IMG/VR virus record: IMGVR_UViG_3300017991_000060
Location: 32,001 to 96,000 of that record
DNA: 64,000 nucleotides
Direction: 5' to 3' (one strand)
DNA from: a virus
Shown: positions 15,539 to 25,637 of the stretch, piece after piece
Position numbering within the stretch: position 1 is the stretch's first letter
Layout of the letters: each line of letters starts with the position of its first letter
Made by a program: the position numbers and the translations under genes
Notes under the pieces: model-generated
What the model was told of the DNA's origin: nothing
The model's input: only the letters and a program-made list of their open reading frames with translations
The model's database searches: none

Positions 15539-16432
15539 TCAGTTCCTCCAGGTTAGGTACTCACGCATAATATCATCCCGCGACACGTATGGCTTCCACA
15601 CTACGCGCCCGACGAACTGTACGGTATCCCCATCGCACAAGTTCTTCCCGATGAGAGTGAAATCCCATGCGGGTTGTACCGGGGCGCGCCATCGCATCAC
15701 CGTGAACCTGACTTCGCGGCGAGACGTGCATAGCACATCGAACATCACCGCGTAGACCATACCCCCAACGCACCGCCCGAAATACAAGGGCAGCACCGGA
15801 TGCACCGCCGCCGAGGCGGTGAGGTTCAGGTCCAAGTCGGGGTCGCTGCCATCGAACCGGATGGTAGTGCCGGCCGGTGCGTAGCTCTCGCCCATCCTCC
15901 CTTGGACACGCCGCGAAGACGCCCACCCTCCCCCATCCACAGGAAACATGATGTCGGGGCTGGTGGCCGACAGCATGTAGGAGGCGAAGAACATCGCCGC
16001 GAACCCCTCAGGGGCGAACTCCGACGCGTCTAGCACCAATGCTGTGACCGCGAAGTCCACATAATGTGGCGGCACCACACGGTAGTCCACTTCACACTTC
16101 ATGCCCCGCACTCGCCCTCGCCCTCGCAGCCGAGCGCCGCCGGGGGTGGAGACGAGCTCCAGATGGGCATTCCTCGGGGCGAAGGCGTTATCGGGGTGTG
16201 GGTGCCCGCAGAGAACGTGCTCGAAATTGAGACCGCCCACGTTGAAAGCGGAGTGCTCGGCATAAGAGAGCGCCCGCACCCCGTTCAGGCCGCCGGCATT
16301 GCCGCCGAAAGTAGCTCGGATATCCCCAACAGCGACGTCCACTCCCCCCGCAGACGTGGGTGACGAAGCGTCCGCGCATCCCAAAGCGACTAGGGAAGCG
16401 GCCCCAACGATGAGAAAGATTCCCCGTCCCAT
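15539..16432 (-). CDS. Putative lipoprotein, probably host-derived accessory gene
   Basis: MGRGIFLIVGAASLVALGC lipobox; GLNFEHVLCG..FAPR, FFASYM, LPLYFG, PAWDF motifs. Lower GC than its flanks (30 of 60 nt at 15541-15600). Confidence 0.65.
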   Translation of the reverse strand: MGRGIFLIVGAASLVALGCADASSPTSAGGVDVAVGDIRATFGGNAGGLNGVRALSYAEHSAFNVGGLNFEHVLCGHPHPDNAFAPRNAHLELVSTPGGARLRGRGRVRGMKCEVDYRVVPPHYVDFAVTALVLDASEFAPEGFAAMFFASYMLSATSPDIMFPVDGGGWASSRRVQGRMGESYAPAGTTIRFDGSDPDLDLNLTASAAVHPVLPLYFGRCVGGMVYAVMFDVLCTSRREVRFTVMRWRAPVQPAWDFTLIGKNLCDGDTVQFVGRVVWKPYVSRDDIMREYLTWRN

Positions 16433-16653
16433 GCCCACCCCCAGAACTTCCCGTCCGTGACCCCAGCGGCGCTCATAGCGGCTTGCCACGCGGCCAAGTC
16501 ACCATCGAAGTACCTTCGCGTCTGCCCCGGCTGGGGAGCGAGACACCCTTCTTCCACGCTGCACACCAACGCGATCCCGTCTCGGGCCGCATCACCATGG
16601 CAGTGTACGCGAATGCGATTGTCCCCATCGTCCGTAATCACACAGATGCCCAT
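16390..16653 (-). CDS. Small protein after tail fibre (fibre chaperone-like by position)
   Basis: 87-aa ORF directly downstream of the fibre gene, GGAGG-like RBS. Confidence 0.45.
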   Translation of the reverse strand: MGICVITDDGDNRIRVHCHGDAARDGIALVCSVEEGCLAPQPGQTRRYFDGDLAAWQAAMSAAGVTDGKFWGWAWDGESFSSLGPLP

Positions 16654-16666
16654 CGTTCGCGCCTCC

Positions 16667-18190
16667 CTACGCGATCCTCGTCACGTTCACGCGGCCTGTC
16701 ATGCCGGTAGCCGCGTTATCGTTCCGCATCCACACAGTCGCAGTGGTGATGTTGTGAATACGCCCGCAAAATATGCCCCCACTCACGCCGACGAAATAGG
16801 GCGTGTTGAGAACAGGATCATGCCCGTTGTCGTTCGTGACCATACCGGTGATCTGGTAGTCCCCCAGCGAGCCCCCCAGACCGTGATTGAACACGGCGCT
16901 CGCGGAAGGGCCGCACGATGCCGTAGCGGTGAAGTGCCCCCGCACCCTTGGCGCGCTCCGCGTGATCGAGATGTTCTGGCCACCTGCGTCAGCCACGGAC
17001 ATCCCGGCGCCACTCGTCAGGTTGACGGCGCCCGTCTTGGCGCCGGGGGACAGGGAAGTAACGCCGGCTGCGGCTCCAGCCGCTGCGATCCCAACCCTGC
17101 CACCACCGGCATCCGACAGTGTGATGTTCGCCCCGGCCTTCAAGTGCGAAAACCGCGTGCCGACAGGGTTGCCACCAGAATCCTCAGCCTGGATCGGGGT
17201 GTTGACTCGGGAATCGTTGCCCTGCACCGCCTCCAATGATGCCGTGTCCAAGTTGGCGGCGAATTGGACCTTGCCCTTCTGCGCCTCGGTGCCGTCGGGG
17301 ATGTCGCCGGCCACCTGATCGGAGACGCGGTACACCTCGGAGGTGAACAGGGGGCGGTTCGGGTCGTTCCGGCTGAACACCTTGGGCACGCCGACGAGGT
17401 GCACGTCCGTCGGTGCCGGAGTGAGCGTGCTCGGGTCCACCGTCTGCTCCGCGCCGGACGCATCCTTGTAGTAGTAGCTCAGGGTCCATACCCCGGCTGC
17501 TTCGGTGATGCGTCCGTACACCTTCGCTCCGGCCGCCAGGTCGTTCTCGATCTCGTCACCGGCCTGGTCGAGAATCTGCACGTAGTTCGCCGGTGAGGTC
17601 GTGACGATGCCGACTTGGGTAGAGCTGCCACCGGAGTTCGGGACCACGGTACCGGCCGGGGCCTGGATGCGCGTCTCCGCGGCGAACATGGCGGACACGT
17701 CATCGCTCATGCCGGAAGGCGCGGAACCGAACAGCCCCTTGTCCACTCGGTACCCATCGAGGTCGCGCGAGAGGGCGATGAAGCCGTTCACCTGCCAGAT
17801 GTCGTTGTAGTCCACGATGACGGATGCCGTCTCGTCGATGAGGACGTAGGCCACCGGAGAGCCGACAGGCATGGGCGGGCCGTTATTCTGTCCAGGCGCG
17901 CCATCCAGGAACGCGGAGGCCGTCAGGACCTCGACGCCCTGGGCCACCTGGACGGTGCCGGTGAGATCGATATACACGAGGTCGTACCGCTTGGTCCCGG
18001 CGGACACCACGGAGAACCCTACAGTGAGCTGGTCGCCGCCGGTGAACTTGTCGTACACCGTGTCCGAACCGGCGAAGCCAAACCCGGCCTTCACCCGTAC
18101 CTGGTTGGCGGCCGGGTCCAACGGTTCGGGCCGGAACCAGGCGGCCGGTCCGATGTCGAGCTGACGTTGTGGCGTGGGGGTCAATGCCAT
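16667..18190 (-). CDS. Tail fibre protein
   Basis: Follows baseplate genes. G/T/A/S-rich shaft, TEAQKGKVQFA repeat-like segment, C-terminal VFNHGLG head domain. Confidence 0.7.
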   Translation of the reverse strand: MALTPTPQRQLDIGPAAWFRPEPLDPAANQVRVKAGFGFAGSDTVYDKFTGGDQLTVGFSVVSAGTKRYDLVYIDLTGTVQVAQGVEVLTASAFLDGAPGQNNGPPMPVGSPVAYVLIDETASVIVDYNDIWQVNGFIALSRDLDGYRVDKGLFGSAPSGMSDDVSAMFAAETRIQAPAGTVVPNSGGSSTQVGIVTTSPANYVQILDQAGDEIENDLAAGAKVYGRITEAAGVWTLSYYYKDASGAEQTVDPSTLTPAPTDVHLVGVPKVFSRNDPNRPLFTSEVYRVSDQVAGDIPDGTEAQKGKVQFAANLDTASLEAVQGNDSRVNTPIQAEDSGGNPVGTRFSHLKAGANITLSDAGGGRVGIAAAGAAAGVTSLSPGAKTGAVNLTSGAGMSVADAGGQNISITRSAPRVRGHFTATASCGPSASAVFNHGLGGSLGDYQITGMVTNDNGHDPVLNTPYFVGVSGGIFCGRIHNITTATVWMRNDNAATGMTGRVNVTRIA

Positions 18191-18202
18191 TCTGCCTACT
18201 CC

Positions 18203-19081
18203 TTACCCGAGCGCCCGCTGAATGAGCAGCACCCGGTCGCCCGGATTGAGGACGAACCCGGAAAGGTCGATACCCTTGTTGCCAGCCGGGCCGCCCACGG
18301 GAGGGGTCAGGAAGCCCTTGTCCGTTTCGGTGTACTCGACCCCAGGGTATAGACGCTGCCGATTGAGGAAGGCGTCCACGAGGTTGCCGTTGACCTGGAA
18401 GTCGAACGTAGCGGCAACGGAAGCCTCTCCGCCAGTAGCGACGTAGTAAGTCATAGACGCCACGGTGCTCGGGCCGATGAGCGCGACGCCCGCGCAGTCT
18501 CCGCCGCTCGTGTTGACCAGGAAGGTGATGTACCAGGTGAACCGCATCTGGTAGGAGGAGGTCTTGGTGATCGGAGAGAACGCCTTGCGCGCGAAGAGGG
18601 ACCCAGCCCCAAGGAGGCCAGTGAACAACCCGGCCTCGGTGTAGACAAACCCGTTGCCCTCCGTCGTGGCCCAAGTCACCTCGGCACGCACCACGTTCCC
18701 GCTCGCCGTCAGCACCGCGGCTTTGCGCTGCCCCGTGGTCTGCTGAAGCGCAATGTCCGCGAGGATGGGCGGGTTCGCCGGGAACGCCGGATCTCCAAGC
18801 TCGATGTAGTTGAGCGCGGAGTTCGCCGCGCCAAGCGCCATCTGGGCCATGAGGACCTCGGCCTGGGAGACGACCAGGTTGTCGTCGTCCACCACCTTCA
18901 CCCACTCGTCGTCACCCTCCCGGCGCATCTCCACCACGAGGTGGCCGACCGCCTTCGGGGCGTAGTCGCCGCCGAGGAGGTTGTCGGAGCGGGACTGGGC
19001 GATCTCGCTGGCCGCCCGCCGCCCCGCCGCCCGCATGGCCTTTCTCGTCTCGATGTAGCGCCGGGCCTTCTCAAGTGCCAT
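18203..19081 (-). CDS. Baseplate/tail-collar fibre attachment protein
   Basis: DDNLVVSQA...YIELGD...TEGNG.VYTEAGLF...LFARKAFSPITKT pattern typical of tail-collar/fibre N-terminal domains. Confidence 0.7.
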   Translation of the reverse strand: MALEKARRYIETRKAMRAAGRRAASEIAQSRSDNLLGGDYAPKAVGHLVVEMRREGDDEWVKVVDDDNLVVSQAEVLMAQMALGAANSALNYIELGDPAFPANPPILADIALQQTTGQRKAAVLTASGNVVRAEVTWATTEGNGFVYTEAGLFTGLLGAGSLFARKAFSPITKTSSYQMRFTWYITFLVNTSGGDCAGVALIGPSTVASMTYYVATGGEASVAATFDFQVNGNLVDAFLNRQRLYPGVEYTETDKGFLTPPVGGPAGNKGIDLSGFVLNPGDRVLLIQRALG

Positions 19082-19090
19082 CGGACCCTC

Positions 19091-19579
19091 CTAACCCACC
19101 ACCACCGCGTACCCGTCTTGGGCGGCCGGGTGCGTGATGATGACCCTGTTCTCGGTCGAATGCTGTAGGATGTACTGATCGACCCCAGGTGCCAACGGCA
19201 CCGCCTGGAGCTGCCTCCAAGTGAGATCGAACACCTGGACAATTGGCTGGCTCCCGAGGTTGTGGTCGATCTGCCAGACGGCCAGACCCGGACTGTCCAC
19301 CTTCGTGATGATCTTCGCCGGTGCCGGATAGCCGAGCTGGAGCTGCTGGAACAACGTGCGCCAGTTGGTGTCGTAGAACATCTGGAGCTTCACGTTGTTC
19401 GGGTCCTCGTTCAGCACCCGCATCATGCCGTCCCTACGCTGCGTCGAGTCCGGCACGTCGGGGTCCGAGCTGAGGTTGGTCTGCCCAAGCGCGGTAAAGT
19501 TGTCTCTGACCTCCGAGGAGAGCGCCGGGGTCTTCGTCGCGGGCCGCTCGAACCTGAAGAGTTCACCTGGTTCCGCCAT
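19091..19579 (-). CDS. Tail-associated structural protein
   Basis: C-terminal WQIDHNLGSQPIVQVFD...VIITH..AQDGYAVV domain, common in tail accessory proteins. Confidence 0.6.
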   Translation of the reverse strand: MAEPGELFRFERPATKTPALSSEVRDNFTALGQTNLSSDPDVPDSTQRRDGMMRVLNEDPNNVKLQMFYDTNWRTLFQQLQLGYPAPAKIITKVDSPGLAVWQIDHNLGSQPIVQVFDLTWRQLQAVPLAPGVDQYILQHSTENRVIITHPAAQDGYAVVVG

Positions 19580-19588
19580 CTGAACCTC

Positions 19589-20842
19589 CTACCACAACCC
19601 ATCGGCGGGCGAAGCGCCTCCGGTGTCGATCTCCAACACGTCGAGGGGGCACACGATCTCCGCGCGGTCGTCGAACGGCGCCTCGGCCCCGACCACTGTA
19701 CCCAATGCGTCGAGCACTTCCACCAGCATCCCATCCTCGCCACGCACGGCCTCGTCGATGATGTAGAGATCCGAGAGTCCGAAGGAGAGCGGATCGCTCG
19801 GCACCGGATCGACGAGATTCTGCGCCGTCTGGGCGCACGACTCCTGGTCTGTCGCCCCAGGCTGGAGTGTGTCTTGGAACTCGACGGTGAGCCCGAGCGT
19901 CCGTAGGAGGACGTGGATGGGCTTGCACTCGTCGAGTCGCTCCAAGATGTTCGAGACCGCCTCCTCGTCGATCACCGGGGGGTCCACGCCAGCGGGGGAG
20001 ATGTTGATCTCGATGTCGATCCGCGCCGCCTGGTAGGGCCACTCCTCAGTGACCTGCTCGTAGTCCACCGTCACCGCGCCGACCGTGGCGGCCTGGAAGT
20101 CAACGGTGAACCGGCCGGTGGTGTGGTCTATCTCACCGAACACGACGCCACCGGCCCCTACGATATCGTCCGAGTCCTCCGAGGACCTAGCGGACGTGGT
20201 GCCATCGGTGAAGAGGACGGTGCCCGGCTTGATCGGCACGTTCGGGAGTGCGCCGGTGTACACCTGGTTCCCGGCCGGACCGACGGCCTGCCCCGTGATG
20301 GGCGTCGTCGCGTACCTGGACTGGTTGTAGTCGTTGTTCTCCTCGTACACGTCCTTCTTGTGCAGCGGGATGATGTCCAGCACCTCGAACCCGATCATGC
20401 GGTACCAAACCTTGATCCCGGCGTACTGGCCGATGCGCTTGTAGGCGTCCCGGAGCCCGAGGACGACGGCGCGCTGCATGTCCTCCGGGATGCTGACCTC
20501 CAGGTCGTACCCGAAGGAACGGGCGAGGACCGGCAGCATGTTCACCGGACACGTCATCGGATCGAGTAAAGCGTCAAGGCTCTCCAGAACTGCGAGGTCC
20601 TCGCCCTCCGCCTCTTCGATGGCGTACATGAAGTTCTGGATGATCGGCGTGAGGCCGATGGCGTCCCAAGCGAGCTGCACGGCCGCCTCGGGGTCGTTCG
20701 CCGTGTCCCACTCGGAGTCCGGGTCATCCCAGTGCAGGGCGTGCCCGAAGGTCAGCGATTGCTGGTCCTCCAGTTGGATTCGCGGGAGGAGGCGGCGGTA
20801 CAGGTCCACCCGAAGGCGGTTGTAGGCTTCGCGGTTAGCCAA
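19589..20842 (-). CDS. Baseplate wedge protein (P2 gpI / T4 gp7-like)
   Basis: LDPMTCPVNMLPVLARSFGY...AYKRIGQYAGIKVWYRMIG, and late RLDECKPIHVLL. Directly after the J-like gene. Confidence 0.8.
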   Translation of the reverse strand: MANREAYNRLRVDLYRRLLPRIQLEDQQSLTFGHALHWDDPDSEWDTANDPEAAVQLAWDAIGLTPIIQNFMYAIEEAEGEDLAVLESLDALLDPMTCPVNMLPVLARSFGYDLEVSIPEDMQRAVVLGLRDAYKRIGQYAGIKVWYRMIGFEVLDIIPLHKKDVYEENNDYNQSRYATTPITGQAVGPAGNQVYTGALPNVPIKPGTVLFTDGTTSARSSEDSDDIVGAGGVVFGEIDHTTGRFTVDFQAATVGAVTVDYEQVTEEWPYQAARIDIEINISPAGVDPPVIDEEAVSNILERLDECKPIHVLLRTLGLTVEFQDTLQPGATDQESCAQTAQNLVDPVPSDPLSFGLSDLYIIDEAVRGEDGMLVEVLDALGTVVGAEAPFDDRAEIVCPLDVLEIDTGGASPADGLW

Positions 20843-23800
20843 GCTGCACCTCCGGCGGTTTCTCCGTGAGGTTCACCCGGCCAAGCGACGCGATCTGGCT
20901 CCCGTCGATGGGAATGTCGAGGGACGGGGGAACGCCCGTGAGGCTGTCGTAGGTGAGCACCATGGCCCGCCCGGCCGCGACCGGGCTCCCAGCCAGAGAG
21001 GACACGTACCGGCCGCGGAGGTGGTCGAGGCGATCCGTGGGGAAGGTGTTCGCCGGTCCTGCCGCTGGCGGACCCCAGAGGCGGCCGGTGTGGTCCGCAA
21101 ACAGCCCCTTGTCCAGTCCGGGTGCCCCAGGAGTCTTCACTCTGAACACCCACCCCGAGTACATGAGGGTCGCCACATTTGTGACCCAGATGAGGAAGGT
21201 AGGAGAAGCCGCCGCGGCCGGAGGGGTAAGGAACGTGATAGTCCCACTGCCACCGCCGTACGCGATGACGTTCGTTCCCTCCGGGTCGAGACTCTCACCG
21301 TTGATGTCGCCGTTCCAGTTGTCATAGGCGTCCTCGAACGCGACGCCCGGCGTTGCGAGGTCCGTCAGTTGGAGCCGAAGGCGTCCCTCGCCGTCGAGCC
21401 CTCCTCGGGAGAAGTCCTGGCCAGTGGTGAACGCGAACTGCCTGGTCACGCCGTCCGGCACCGGGGAGAGCGTCGCGACGTAGGACCCCCCAGCGCCCGG
21501 TCCTGGAGCCGGGGCAACGGACCAGGTGAACTCGATCTTCCCGTCCTCGTACCGGATCGCGTACGTCTTGGTGATGTCCACGTTCCCATAGATCGCCTCC
21601 TCGCCGTCATCGTAGGCGAAGAGTACTCCGCCGGGCTGGAGGCCGTCAGCGTCGAAGCCGCCCCACAGGAACACCCGGCCCTCGTCGAAGGGGGAGAACT
21701 CGTCCGGGATGTACACCTCCACCGTCTCCGTTTGCCACAACGCACGGATGACGGTGGTAGGGAGCGCGTTCCAAGTGAACGCCACGTCGCCAGTCTGGTA
21801 GTTGACGGACCCCACCACCCCAACGGGAGGAGAAGTCTGTACGAGCGCGCCGGTTCCGTTGTCCGACACGACTTGCCCGCCGCTGTCCTGGATGGTCAAG
21901 GTGTTCTGGAGGACACCCGCGGCCAGCCGCCCGGCCATCTGCTGCGTGGAGCCAATCTGGAAGGAGTCCACCACACGCACCTGGTCGCCGCTCCACACAC
22001 CCTGGGGGCGGCGTTGGACGATGGGGTAGTAGTCCGTCGCGCCGTCCAACCGGCCGACGTTCCCGTCGCTCCCCCCGAGGTCTTCCTCGCGCGCGAAGTA
22101 CACCTCGGCCCTGGCCGTAGCGTACACGCGGCTCCCGATGGGCGGCGGGTCCGCGAACTGTAGGGAGAACACCCCAGTGCTCATGTCCACCGCATTCCCG
22201 GTGGAACCAGGCGAGATGCTGTTGTCGTTGTCGCCGGTGAACGCACCTTCCCCATCGTCAACGGCCTGTTGACCGCCGTCGGCGTCAGCGATGATGACGG
22301 ACTGCGGGACGAGGGCCGTGCCTTCCTGTAGCACCAGGTTCCCGGAGAACAAGACGGCGAACCCATCGCCGGTGCCGATCTCCTGGGAGATGCGCGAAGC
22401 GCCCGTCACCTTGATGATCTCTGCGCTCTCGACGCCACCCGTCTCTTGGATCGCGTTGTAAAGGCGGCTCACGCTCAAGTCCACGCCGGGGAGCACGAAG
22501 GCGCTGGAGAAGAACTTCTCGATGGACTGCCGAATGGCCGCCCACACCGTCTGGCGCGCCGCGCCCGTCTCCAGAATCACCGAGGCGTCGATGTCCATGA
22601 CGACGACCTGGCCGTCTACGACCTCCACGTTCGTGCAGATGGTGCGCTTGGAGTCAAGGTACTTCTTCACGGCGTACTTGAGCGGCGTGTTCGAGGTGGT
22701 GAGGTTCCCCTCGGAGTCCCTACCCCACGTCGCGATCTCAACGGTGTTCAGCTCCGGCACCGTCTGCTTCAGGTACGCCGAGGCGTGGGCGAGCGCGCCG
22801 TACACCTGGTCAAAGTAGGTAGCGGCGTGGGTGGTAAAGTCCAAACGGCGAACCGCACGGTCGCCAGATACGGCGAACTTGGGGGCGAAGTACCGGGCAT
22901 GATCCACCGACTCCGGCGGATTGCCGCCGCTCCCGGTTTCTAGGTTGTAGAGGCGGACGGACGCCCGAGCGCCACTCGGGAGGAAGCCCTGGACCGTCGT
23001 GTCAATCGCCCCAATGTCCACGTTCCCGCGGACACCTCCACCGACACGGTACCGGAACACGATCTCCGAACCGGCCGGAGGAATCAGTCCAAAGATCCCG
23101 TCACCGAAGAGAACGATGGCCGTGTCGTCCTGGTCGTAGGTGAGCTGGTACCGCTTCTGCGCGCCGACGATGAGATAGTGAACGTCGATCACATCCCCGG
23201 CCGCCGGGGCCGCCCCGTCCGCGACGGTACCGAACCGGATCTTCGTGGTTCCGTCCACCTCCTGGACCACATCGTATTCCAGGGGGGCGCCGGTCAGGCC
23301 GGACGCGAGGGGTGCCTGTCGCCACGTCACCGCGGCGGAAGAAGGTTGGCCGGATGGCTGCACGAGCAAGAGGATGCCATCCTCGTCGTCCGGGTCGATG
23401 ACGGCGTGTAGAAGGCTGAGAGTGAACTCCTGGTTGTCCGTCCCGTCTCCAACGAAGGTATCCCGCCCGCGCCGGTCGCCTTCGGAGAACACGAGGGACG
23501 GCACCTCCTCCCACAGCTCAGCCGCCACCTCCACCGTCACGGAGCCCTCGATGGTGTTCGGATGCTCCAGGGGGAACTTCTGCCACTTCTCCCCGGTGCT
23601 AACGTGGCGGACTTCCTTGGTGACGCCCTCGGTAAACACGATGAGATCGTCGGTAGTGCCATCCGGCCAAACCGGAGCACCAGCCGGGATCTGCGTGTCC
23701 TCCAGGAGCTCGAACGTCAGGTCGCCCACCTGGACCTTCAGGCCGGAGCGTAGGGTGATGGCCCCACCCTGAACCGGTACGGGCGTGCAGCGCACTGCAA

Positions 23801-24095
23801 CAGACGCCGACGAGGCAGGCTTCATGCGGTAGCCCTGGGCGCGGCATAGGAGGACCATCGCCTCCCGCGTGTCAGCCAACGCAAGGAGCGAGTTGATCAT
23901 CTTGCGGTCGTAGTAGAAAGCGTTCTGCGCGTGGAACCACGCGAGCACATCGAGGATGGCACCAGCGATGTCGGTGGCGAGAAGGGCGTTGTAGCGGCCG
24001 TCGCCAACGCGCCGACGCACAAGCTCCCTAGCCCGACGGGCGCACACGTCGAAGGTCCTGGCGGTGTAGTCGATCTCGATTGCGGTGCCCATCAT
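20835..24095 (-). CDS. Baseplate J / T4 gp6-like wedge protein (1086 aa)
   Basis: IDYTARTFD, LADTREAMVLLCRAQGYRMKP, IVLFGDGIFGLIPP, GGNPPESVDHAR...RAVRRLDF. Confidence 0.9.
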   Translation of the reverse strand: MMGTAIEIDYTARTFDVCARRARELVRRRVGDGRYNALLATDIAGAILDVLAWFHAQNAFYYDRKMINSLLALADTREAMVLLCRAQGYRMKPASSASVAVRCTPVPVQGGAITLRSGLKVQVGDLTFELLEDTQIPAGAPVWPDGTTDDLIVFTEGVTKEVRHVSTGEKWQKFPLEHPNTIEGSVTVEVAAELWEEVPSLVFSEGDRRGRDTFVGDGTDNQEFTLSLLHAVIDPDDEDGILLLVQPSGQPSSAAVTWRQAPLASGLTGAPLEYDVVQEVDGTTKIRFGTVADGAAPAAGDVIDVHYLIVGAQKRYQLTYDQDDTAIVLFGDGIFGLIPPAGSEIVFRYRVGGGVRGNVDIGAIDTTVQGFLPSGARASVRLYNLETGSGGNPPESVDHARYFAPKFAVSGDRAVRRLDFTTHAATYFDQVYGALAHASAYLKQTVPELNTVEIATWGRDSEGNLTTSNTPLKYAVKKYLDSKRTICTNVEVVDGQVVVMDIDASVILETGAARQTVWAAIRQSIEKFFSSAFVLPGVDLSVSRLYNAIQETGGVESAEIIKVTGASRISQEIGTGDGFAVLFSGNLVLQEGTALVPQSVIIADADGGQQAVDDGEGAFTGDNDNSISPGSTGNAVDMSTGVFSLQFADPPPIGSRVYATARAEVYFAREEDLGGSDGNVGRLDGATDYYPIVQRRPQGVWSGDQVRVVDSFQIGSTQQMAGRLAAGVLQNTLTIQDSGGQVVSDNGTGALVQTSPPVGVVGSVNYQTGDVAFTWNALPTTVIRALWQTETVEVYIPDEFSPFDEGRVFLWGGFDADGLQPGGVLFAYDDGEEAIYGNVDITKTYAIRYEDGKIEFTWSVAPAPGPGAGGSYVATLSPVPDGVTRQFAFTTGQDFSRGGLDGEGRLRLQLTDLATPGVAFEDAYDNWNGDINGESLDPEGTNVIAYGGGSGTITFLTPPAAAASPTFLIWVTNVATLMYSGWVFRVKTPGAPGLDKGLFADHTGRLWGPPAAGPANTFPTDRLDHLRGRYVSSLAGSPVAAGRAMVLTYDSLTGVPPSLDIPIDGSQIASLGRVNLTEKPPEVQLG

Positions 24096-24099
24096 ACCC

Positions 24100-24588
24100 T
24101 CACAGGTTCATCTTCGGGAAGTCGGCCGCCGCATTGTACACCCTCCGCTCGGGATCACCGTACACGGAGAAACCGACTGACACGTACACGGCGTACGGGT
24201 TCACGTCAGGGTCCCAGTCCACGTTGACGGCAACCACCTCGGCGCGAGGCTCCTGGTCCGCGAGGTCCTGGCGCGCGTAGTAACCGATCTGCTGAATGGT
24301 GATGTCGTCCAGCGGCTCGAACAGAAGGTACGGCAGCTCGCTTCCGATGTCCGGGTCGTAAGGTATCGACCGCTTCGGCGTGGAAAGGATGTTGACGAGC
24401 GACGTAGCAATAATCGCAACGTCGTCCTGAACCGGCCCCAGGACGCTCTGGGGTGTAGCGCCGAACGGGTACCCGGCCCCGCGGTGAAGTCCGCGCGTTT
24501 TGGCAAACACCCTACGGTCCACCTGGGGAGGCGCGAGTCGCTGCGATTCGTACCCAGTCGTCAGCTCCGGGGGGATCGGGTCTGCCAT
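24100..24588 (-). CDS. gp25/GpW-like baseplate wedge subunit
   Basis: SLVNILSTPKRSIPYDPDIGSELPYLLFEP...QEPRAEVVAV. Confidence 0.88.
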   Translation of the reverse strand: MADPIPPELTTGYESQRLAPPQVDRRVFAKTRGLHRGAGYPFGATPQSVLGPVQDDVAIIATSLVNILSTPKRSIPYDPDIGSELPYLLFEPLDDITIQQIGYYARQDLADQEPRAEVVAVNVDWDPDVNPYAVYVSVGFSVYGDPERRVYNAAADFPKMNL

Positions 24589-25637
24589 CAGCTTGCCACC
24601 ACCTCCTGAGTCACATCCGTAGAGGACGGGCTCAAATCGGCCACCGGCAACGGCCCCGCGGTCGGTGTCGGCACACCTGGACCTGGGCTGTAAAGATGCG
24701 TGTGGCCGTTGTACTTGGTCAGGAACGCCTCCGTCGCAAGGCGTTGCTTCGCCGCAGCGATGGACCCAAGGGCTAGACTACCAGCGCCGCCAGCGGTCGC
24801 GATGATGAGCGACGCTCCGGTGAGCGTCAGAACACCGCCCACCGTCAACGTGAACGCCGTGCCTACCAACATCGAGAACGCGAGCGCGAACGTCCAAGTG
24901 GCAGCCCCGAGGAAGTTCTTGATCGAGACGCCTCCGCCGGTGGACACGCTCGGGGCCACGCCCGTACTCTGTAGGGTAACGCCCTGAGCGACCACGGTGG
25001 CCGCCCCTCCGGCCGTCACGTTCGCCTGGCCCGGCGTGGTGACGTTGATGGCCTGGGCCGCGGTGTCGATGACCACGGACTGCGTTGCGTCCTTCATGCG
25101 CGCCTGCTGAACGGTGTCGTCGAGCACCATCTCACGGTTGCCCGGCGTCGTGACGCGCGCCTTCTTCTCCACGTCGTCAAGGAGGAACTCGTAGCCACCC
25201 TCCGTAACGGCCAGAATCTTCTCCTCGCCAGGCTTGAAACGCATCTCGATGACGTGCCCGTTCGGAGTCCGCATAAGCCACGTCTTGGGGCCTTGCGCGT
25301 AGGAGCTCTTGAACTCGTCAGGGATCTTCGCCTGGGAGAACCACCCACCGAACCACACCGGCCGCTCGCCGTCGCCGTCGCGGAACATCACCCAGACCTC
25401 CGCGCCAATCTCCGGCACGGCGATTATGCCGGACTTGTTCCCGGTGCAGAGCGCGCCCGGCCTAGCCCACGGGAGCTGGTCGTCCTCGATCTTCTCGCCC
25501 TCGTCCTGCGCTCCGTAAACGCTCGGCACACGGATGCGGAGACGGCCCCCGGTGTCAGGGTCCTTGTCATCAACGACGACACCAGGCCATGGGCCGGTCC
25601 ACGTCGCGGGCGCGTGGTCTTGCGTCGCCGCCTCCAT
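24588..25637 (-). CDS. Baseplate central spike (gp5/GpV OB-fold)
   Basis: GVVVDDKDPDTGGRLRIRVP..LPWARP..VPEIGAEVWVMFRDGD..PVWFG, and C-terminal YNGHTH (HxH metal site of spike tips). Confidence 0.9.
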   Translation of the reverse strand: MEAATQDHAPATWTGPWPGVVVDDKDPDTGGRLRIRVPSVYGAQDEGEKIEDDQLPWARPGALCTGNKSGIIAVPEIGAEVWVMFRDGDGERPVWFGGWFSQAKIPDEFKSSYAQGPKTWLMRTPNGHVIEMRFKPGEEKILAVTEGGYEFLLDDVEKKARVTTPGNREMVLDDTVQQARMKDATQSVVIDTAAQAINVTTPGQANVTAGGAATVVAQGVTLQSTGVAPSVSTGGGVSIKNFLGAATWTFALAFSMLVGTAFTLTVGGVLTLTGASLIIATAGGAGSLALGSIAAAKQRLATEAFLTKYNGHTHLYSPGPGVPTPTAGPLPVADLSPSSTDVTQEVVAS

